A DNA stretch of 64,000 nt from the human T2T-CHM13v2.0 reference genome, Homo sapiens: assembly GCF_009914755.1 (NCBI RefSeq), contig NC_060938.1; one strand, given 5' to 3'. Below the pieces are notes generated by a model. It worked only from the letters and a program-made list of their open reading frames with translations, did not search any database and was not told the origin of the DNA. This document shows, piece after piece, positions 54,183 through 64,000 of the stretch. How positions within the stretch are numbered: the stretch's first letter is position 1; each line of letters begins with the position of its first letter. The position numbers and the translations under genes were made by a program.

Positions 54183-54998
54183 TCAGAGGGCAGACTTTTT
54201 GTAGAGGAAGTCCGGCTTGCTTGGTGACCTCCTTCCTCTGCTTATTGAATCTTCCCTTTCCAAATCTGTATTTCTCTGAGCTCCATGGCCCAGGGACTCA
54301 CTGTCTGCCAGTCTTCTACCGGCTCTCTCTTCGGGAGCTTCAGAGCTACATGCAGAAAGTGAAGGTCTGTTAGGAGTCAGCCCAAAAGTCAAGTCAGTTT
54401 CTACTGCAGTTCGTCCCCTGACATGGGCTGGACCGGTACTAGCATTTTCTGGGGCTGCCAAAGGAAAGTCTGACCGCTGGGGAGGTTGCTCAACGACATC
54501 CAGGTGTATCGGCTCATTCTTTTGTCTGTGTAGATGCCCGTCAGGGGAAAGTGGATATTCTCTCCTAGCTTCTTCCTGTTTTTTAGGAGACGTCTGACCA
54601 GGTAGGTAGGCTGACTTTAAGCCACTTGGTGATGCCTTATTGTGGCTGTACAGATCGGGACCAAAATATCCACCTTGCGAAGGGGAAGGGGTGCGTCTGC
54701 TGAGAGCAGGAGTAGAAGGTCTGCAAGCAGCATTTGAGAAGTCATAGAAATCCGGATATTCCTGTGGATTTTCTCTGGTGTCTGTTTTTTGCTCTAGTGT
54801 GTGTTTTTTCCGAGAAGTGTGTGTATGTCTCTGTGGAATACACGACAGATGCTGGGGAGGCCCTGGTCCTGCTTCAGAAACTGACTGGCTTAATTCTGTG
54901 TCTACAGCAAGCTCTGGAAGCCTCCTGTCCTTGAGTGACAGTGTGGACACACCCACCGCGATGTCTGGCATCAGATCATTCAGCACAGGTTGTGTTCG
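54183..54998 (-). CDS. BTBD7: BTBD7 last coding exon (RTQPVLNDLMPD...FLYKKSAL*)
   Basis: Acceptor CTGTCTGCAG| before 54998; 816 nt open to TGA; C-terminus recognised as BTBD7. Confidence 0.94.
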   Translation of the reverse strand, partial: RTQPVLNDLMPDIAVGVSTLSLKDRRLPELAVDTELSQSVSEAGPGPPQHLSCIPQRHTHTSRKKHTLEQKTDTRENPQEYPDFYDFSNAACRPSTPALSRRTPSPSQGGYFGPDLYSHNKASPSGLKSAYLPGQTSPKKQEEARREYPLSPDGHLHRQKNEPIHLDVVEQPPQRSDFPLAAPENASTGPAHVRGRTAVETDLTFGLTPNRPSLSACSSEAPEERAGRRLADSESLGHGAQRNTDLEREDSISRGRRSPSKPDFLYKKSAL

Positions 54999-55095
54999 CT
55001 GCAGACAGAGACAAAAATGGTGGGAGGGTTAAAAAAAGGACCCATCCTCTGTAGAAATGATGTTCACTGATTTTGTTTCCCAATTATAAAATTAA

Positions 55096-57074
<1,979 letters not shown>

Positions 57075-57734
57075 AAAAAAAAAAAAACTTTTTAAAGTAT
57101 ATTATACAAAATCTCTAATACAGTGCAAAATCAAGCAAAGAATCCTCTATCAATTTACTACCTACTAGCCCTGGCTACTATGATTCTAAGTGAAGTGGGG
57201 GCTCTGCTGATGAGCTTCAGAGGCAGAGGCATGCCTGAGGCCCTGAGGCCTCATTTTCTGCTCATCTTCTGAATGGGGAGTTTTTTCCACATTATTCCTG
57301 ACGGTATACTGTACTTAGCTATAAGTAGCTCTTGCTTCTTGTCCGATTAAAGCATGTGGTAGAACAGTGGATTTTACAGAATAGTAGAAGTTAGGGACAA
57401 ATTGTAGACCTGTGCTTGAACAGAACATGAAACTGGTATATTCCTTTATGTTGCTCAGTAACCCCATTCCTTCCTAATCCTGCCAAATGAACATAAAGAT
57501 AAGAAGATACTCAACTCCTCCATATACACCTCTTGGTCTCTCTCCTCCTGTCTTTTCTCATTCAAGTACACTAGCGTTTTTCCCTCTTTTCCATACCCCT
57601 CAAGTCTATGCCTTCCACTTGTCAGCAATACTTCTGGGCACTGCTGAGTCCCAGTGGGGCTCTTGGGGCCAAGAAAATTGCTTCTAATTCTCCATAAACC
57701 GAATTTGAAGCAAGTTACTGAAGTGTTGACTTAC

Positions 57735-58196
57735 CACTTGCTTCTCAGATGCTGCTGCTGCTGCTGCTGTTGCTGTTGAGGTGGTGGTGGCGGCAGCAGC
57801 AGCCACCGTCTGTCTGCCCAGTCCTGCAGTGCTGGTACAATCAGGCGGTGCAGCTTTCACACTCGGCAAGTAGACTGGGGGAGGGCCAGCTTTAGGAGCT
57901 GTTCTGGAGTGGAACAGCGAATGATTACAGGGATAAGAAAATGAACGTGAAGGGTGCTGACTGGGAGGTCTTTGCTTCCAGCCTGCTTTGAGTTGGTTAT
58001 GGATTGGGGTAGCTGGGGGGTGGTAGGGAGGTGGTGGAGGGGGCAAGGGTGGATGGAAGGCCACAAAAGAGTCCAGATCTGTAAACATGGTTTCTGCAGG
58101 AGGTGTACTGTTTACGCGACATCTCCCAGGCTGTCTCATTGTCAAGAGTGGACTTTCATCCCCAAAACGTTCATCAGGAAAGAATTTGTGAGGATT
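57735..58196 (-). CDS. BTBD7: BTBD7 penultimate exon (NPHKFFPDERF...poly-Pro...poly-Ala...SEKQV)
   Basis: TTTTAG acceptor, GTG|GTAAGT donor; 462 nt, phase 0 at both ends. Confidence 0.94.
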
Positions 58197-58921
58197 CTAA
58201 AAAAGATTAAAAAAAAAAAAGGACATTTATTAGCAGATTTCATAAGTGGAAATTTATAGGCTGAGAGAATTAAGTGAGGTACTTAAGAAAACCACAGTCA
58301 GCAAGAATAAAAAGCATAATATATTTTTCTAGGCCAGAAGCCCAAGAAAAAAATCACCTTAGTTATAGTACAAAGGCACAGAGTGCAGCCTAGGACACAG
58401 CCATGAAAGAAAGCTGCTTGATCGAATGCTCCTCAAGCAGGTCACTCATCTCAGATTATGTGATAATGCAAAAACTGGTAATAAAACCAAACTCTAATAT
58501 GTCTTTGCTAAGAGATTAACATTAAATGCCAAAGGGAGAAAGGAATACAACTGAGGATGTTCTAGAAACTTTCTGACAAGACATCTATGCCTGCTCTGTC
58601 TGAAATAAAAACTACAAAATACTATTCATTACCCATTATACATGACTAAGTCTGACCAATATTTTGGTAAACATTATAAAAGAATATGTCATGCAATTTA
58701 AGGTACCAAATTCAGACACAATTTAGAATGGCAAAGGGAAAAGAAATGAGTAGAAAACCAGACTATATATTTTAAGGAGAAAAACTGTAGCAAAAAATGA
58801 AAATCAACAATCTAAAACAAGAACCTAAAAATGTTCAGTAGAAAATTAGGACAGCAGGGGGAAAAAGAAGAAAAAGAACCTAAAAGTGGTTTGCTGACTT
58901 GCTGAAGAACCCTATGCCATG

Positions 58922-59572
<651 letters not shown>

Positions 59573-60374
59573 TAAAGGGGTTTGGAGTTTGTAGCAAGAA
59601 AATGAATCACCTAACCAGATGAAATTAAATTTTATTTAAGGCTCTGATTTAGTGGCTGTGATCAGACTAGTTTACAAATTCTATCTTAATTGCAAAACCA
59701 GTGCTATTGCTTTTGTATCTAATAATTACTAGAAATGAGTTTTTTCTTTTTTCCTGGTAGGTTAAAAAAGAAAGCACTTACTGTTTGATTCTCATGCTTG
59801 GGTTTGAACCCTCATGAAAGAAATTTCTTATAAGATGGAAAACAGAAACGAAAGTGGGCATGTGAAAGGTGTGTAAGTGAGGAAGTAGACCAAACCTCAA
59901 ACCTAGTGACCAAACAAGGAAGAGAGAGCAGTGGAAGTTCAGACTTTTCTACTTCCATGCCATCTCTGGGCATGCACACTGTGGAATTTTTTTAGCAGTC
60001 CCCACTTGTATGCTTGCTACATACCAGAAATATAGCTGCTGTACAATAGCACTCTGGATCTTCATAACAATTTATATTACAGGTAAAAGAGCTGTTGATG
60101 CCCAGGGTGGTTAAGTAACTCATTCCAAGTTAACCAACTAGTAAGCAGCAGAGCCGGGACTTAAACCCAGTTCTCATCCTAGGCCTCTGCTCAGTCCACT
60201 CCATGACGCTGCCTCTCACCAGGAGGGACTTGCAGGTTATCAAAGACACCAAAGGCAGTGAAAAAGCACATACGACGAAAAGGAAATAAGCCAAGGACTC
60301 GTCAGGATGCCCACAATACTGCCTGTCTGGTGACTGAGGCTCCCTATTTTAAACAGTTTAATGTCATTTCCTAC

Positions 60375-60553
60375 CTGCAACAGCTCTGCAGCAGCATCTG
60401 CAAGACCAAACTCTCTTAGCACTCGAATCTGAATTTCATAGCTGACAGTGGCGCCTTCCCCGCAGTTCAGGGCATAGGCCCTCTGCACCTGCTCCGTGTG
60501 CCGCAGTTCCTGCAGTCGTCTGACCATGTCTTTCATAATGAGGAGACGAGGAA
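60375..60553 (-). CDS. BTBD7: BTBD7 exon (VPRLLIMKDMVRRLQELR...AAELLQ)
   Basis: CCTTCCAG acceptor, CAG|GTAGGA donor; 179 nt. Confidence 0.94.
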
Positions 60554-60859
60554 CTGGAAGGAGAACAACAGTGGGCAAGCAAAATTCCTGAGCTACACAA
60601 AAGACGACCCCGTGAGCCCAAGGGAAAAAAGCATGTATTTCATACCAGAATCTTATAAGTTTTTAAGATAGTATCTTAATTTCCTGGGAACACATTCATT
60701 TATATATCTCTAATTATTTTTCAAGGTTTTAAAATTTCACTATGCCCAAAAGGCTCTTGATCATACTGAACAGCCCGAGTTGTATTATTTAGTTTACAGT
60801 TCAAATACAATTTTACTTGCATGTATTCTTGTCTGAATCTCAGGATATTTCAGAAGTCT

Positions 60860-61420
60860 TTAAATATATTCATTCTATTATTCAAATAATTTTTTGAGTC
60901 CTGACTATGCACCAGGGATTGGACTTGGATATTAGGGTGCACAGAATGAACACGATTCCTCTTCTCAAAAGTTTCTGGCTTAGTGATATGAACTAAACCA
61001 GCAGTAAACAAATACAATATAGGGTCATAAATGTTCCTGGAGAGAAATATGCAAAGGACACTGAGGGACTGGAAGGGGCACCCAGCCAGACTGGGGACAG
61101 ACAAGAAAGGCTTCAAGGTGTACACAGAGCAGATTCTTGAAGAATGAAAGGAAACCAGATAGGCAAAAAAAAAAAAAGCTGTCTCAGCAGAAGGACTGGG
61201 TATGTGTAAAACATGCTGAGACAGCCTGGCAGAAGTGGTTGGCATGGCCAGCAGAACTTAGGGTTCAGAGCTGTAAGCAGGAAGAGTGTGAAGAGAGGAG
61301 GCAGAAAGATGGCTACTGGCAGATCATGGATAAAGAATTTAAATTGTACCCTGTGCACAACAGGCAGTCACTTTTGCAGGAGGATGACAGGATCAGAGCT
61401 GTGAACAAGTGCACTCTGAT
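60860..61420 (-). mobile_element. L2 fragment
   Basis: ATTCATTC...TGAGTCCTGACTATGCACCAGG antisense L2 tail followed by purine-rich body. Confidence 0.6.
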
Positions 61421-61434
61421 GTTAACGTAAAATG

Positions 61435-61645
61435 GGCAGGCATGCTGTGACTGGTAGGCTAAATCAAGCTTGCTGTCTGCCTTTGTAAATAAAGTTTTAT
61501 TGGAATGTAACTGTACCCATTCATTTAGGTACTGTCTACGGCTGTTGTATGGGAGTTAAGTAGATAGAAGCAACAGAGACTGTATGGCCTACAGAGCCTA
61601 AAGTATTTACTATCTGGCCCTTTCTAGAAAAAGTATGCCGGCCGA
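61435..61645 (+). mobile_element. MER58A-like hAT-Charlie element
   Basis: TTTGTAAATAAAGTTTTATTGGAA...GCCTAAAGTATTTACTATCTGGCCCTTT. Confidence 0.82.
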
Positions 61646-61814
61646 CAAGCTGGTGTAAAAGACAGAATTTTGAGTAAGATGAGAGGCGGGAACACGGGTT
61701 AGAAACCTGAAGTAGGGCTGTAGCTGTAGGGCTGGAGAGGGGATGGAGTCTATAAATATTTATGAAAGAAACTGACTAGAGCAGTGATTATTATTTTTTA
61801 GGGATAAAAGGAAC

Positions 61815-62010
61815 TGGCATTTACTGAGTGGTTACTTTGTGCCAGGCAAACTCCTGTGCATATTACTCATGGTGCTTCATTAAATCCTCCTAATTCTTGA
61901 AAGGAGGTATGAGCCCCAATTCATGGATGAGGAAATTAATGTTCAGGAAAGAAAATATTAATACCATGTCCAAAGTCATACAAAGTAACAGAGCCAAGAT
62001 ATGAGCCCCC
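61815..62010 (-). mobile_element. MIR
   Basis: CATTTACTGAG...TGTGCCAGGC...GATGAGGAAA...TCCAAAGTCATACA. Confidence 0.65.
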
Positions 62011-62896
62011 TAATCCTCTGCAACAAGCTATCCATCCTTTCATGAATGTGGTGTGCAAGGAAGTGAGAAGAACCCAGGATGATACCAGAACAGGACCATA
62101 CCTCATTAGCTAAACAATAGAGAGACAAGCCTTATTTTTCTGAGCATACTTATTTGAGAATGTCTAGACCTCTGAGATTGAGTTCTAAGATTAAATTATG
62201 CTGATTTTGAACTGCATTAACTCAAGCCTAAAAAGCCAGGCTAATTAGCAAAGCTTCAAAATCTGCATAAATCAGCTAAAGAAATATTTCTTTTCATGCT
62301 GTTAACTAATGTATATTTCAAGTAAATATGCAGTGGCCAAATTTGATAAGGTAACAACTGAAGAAAGTCATTAGCTCCAGAATAAAATATATGTATTCAA
62401 TTAAAAGTTCTGTCACTATGTCTTTTATTCATCTTTAATTACAGTAGACATTTATAAGCAGAAATAAATAGTGCTATTTCTATTGCTATAGTGTGCTGGT
62501 TTTTATTTTGAATCTTGCAATGGCAATTAGCAAGAGCTACAAGTTTCTGACCACCAGATCATTGTTGCTTTTTTTAGACTACTTTGGTTAAAGCCAACAT
62601 TTACTGATGCTCAGACGTTTTTGGACATGACAGTTATATCCTGATCGATAGCCAATTCCCCTAAAGTCGTAAGACATAAACCTGTGCTACAGTAAACTTC
62701 ACAGAGCAGAGCTTGGGAAATTGGATCTCTAGGAAACCCACAGTGATCACATTTTGGAAGGCCACAGACTCAAAGGTATAATAGACTAGGAAGGCCATAG
62801 ACTTTAAGGTATGATAGTGCATTTGACCCTCCCAAAGGGTCTTGTAACCTGAGAAATACCCTATAGTGATAAAAAAAAATCTGAATTCCTCTAAAC

Positions 62897-63133
62897 CAGT
62901 GGTTCTCAAAATGGGTGACTTTGTCCCACAGGGCACAACTGGCAATGTCTAGAAACATAAAAATGTTTCCAAAAGGTTTTCAGAGAGGTGTGCATGCATG
63001 CACATATGTGCTCCTAGCATTTATTGAGTACAGGCCAGGAATGCAGCTGACCACCCTACAAAGCACAGGACAGCTCTCCATTAACAGAATAATCCAGCCC
63101 CAAATGTCAGTAAGACCAAGGCTGAGAAACTCA
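62897..63133 (+). mobile_element. MER20 hAT-Charlie element
   Basis: CAGTGGTTCTCAA start; ...ATCCAGCCCCAAATGTCAGTA...GGCTGAGAAAC end. Confidence 0.85.
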
Positions 63134-63348
63134 AGGGTAAACTGATAAACTGTATACACTTAGTAATACAAAATAAAATATAAAGCAAAAGTTTTGGCTT
63201 AAAAGTGTTTATTCTTTAAGGAGAACAAGGCATAAAAAGTATTGAAATGTGGAGAGAATTAGCATATACAGAGAGGCTCAAACATCAGCAATTTCAAAAA
63301 AACAATAAATTATTCATTTAAATATAAACACCCAACATACTGCCTTAC

Positions 63349-63538
63349 CTGGAATTTCGTTGGCTACAACTGAAGGAGGGCTTGACTGGTTGCTGCTGAT
63401 CTGCTGGTGGCTGATCATGTGACAACACTGTGGCACGGCATTATTGACCATGTAGAGCGTGTCTGGCACATTGGACATTCTAACCATTCGCAAGCGCACA
63501 AGATCCGTTTGTTCCACCATCATCTCATCTAGCACTGA
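63349..63538 (-). CDS. BTBD7: BTBD7 exon (SVLDEMMVEQTDL...VANEIP); upstream exons lie outside the window
   Basis: ATTTCAG acceptor, G|GTAAGG donor; 190 nt, phase fits the next exon. Confidence 0.93.
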
Positions 63539-63913
63539 CTGAAATAATCATTCAGTATTAACAAAACCAGTCAACCTTCCTCTGTTAAATCACATTTGAA
63601 GGAAGACTATTACTTTCATCAAATAAAAAGGGAATTAATTTATTTCTATTTTATAAATGTTAACATTAGTGGTGAAAGAAAGTTCCCCTACATCTTTAAC
63701 TTTTAAAGACTCTTTTAGGAGCATCTTTGAAAAGACACAACCATCTTTTGAAAAGTCTGCTTTTAATTAGAAGTATTTGAAATGTGAAGGAAGGATATAA
63801 AATTAATCAGAAATAAATTACACACAATATTATAATAAAACAATGTATACATGTGCTAAATAACAAATCCAACAAAGTGCTCAAAATACAAAATATTGAA
63901 GATTGATAATCAG

Positions 63914-64000
63914 GGCCGGGCGTGGTGACTCATGCCTGTAATCCCAGCACTTTGGGAGGCTGAGGTGGGTAGATCACCTGAGGTCATGAGTTCAAGACCA
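63914..64000 (+). mobile_element. Alu 5' end (cut by window edge)
   Basis: GGCCGGGCGTGGTG... Confidence 0.9.

Overview
Primate (human or near-human) genomic DNA, very Alu-rich, matching the GON7-UBR7-BTBD7 locus (human 14q32.12 from recall). It contains four gene-level items. (1) The complete two-exon GON7 gene (- strand, 100 aa, KEOPS subunit). (2) The complete 11-exon UBR7 gene (+ strand), head-to-head with GON7 across a CpG-island promoter; its exons join through GT-AG junctions to 1278 nt = 425 aa with a UBR-box and a PHD finger. (3) A nearly full-length RPL18A processed pseudogene lying antisense in UBR7 intron 10, with a target-site duplication (TSD), poly(A) tail and 5'TOP start. (4) The last four coding exons and ~4.7-kb 3'UTR of BTBD7 (- strand), convergent with UBR7. 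The rest is about 60 Alu elements or monomers plus L1, L2, MIR, MER1, MER3, MER20, MER58 and MLT1A relics; most ORFs in the supplied track are Alu-derived noise. I found no convincing new gene or multi-gene system. The most notable unexplained structures are a 22-bp inverted repeat carrying two mirror-image ETS sites at the centre of the bidirectional promoter, a pair of inverted Alus that appear homogenised by gene conversion, an 87-bp local duplication in UBR7 intron 4, and a CpG-retaining MER1/CGCG element between the convergent genes. Exon coordinates were read base by base; repeat boundaries are approximate and subfamily calls are by eye.
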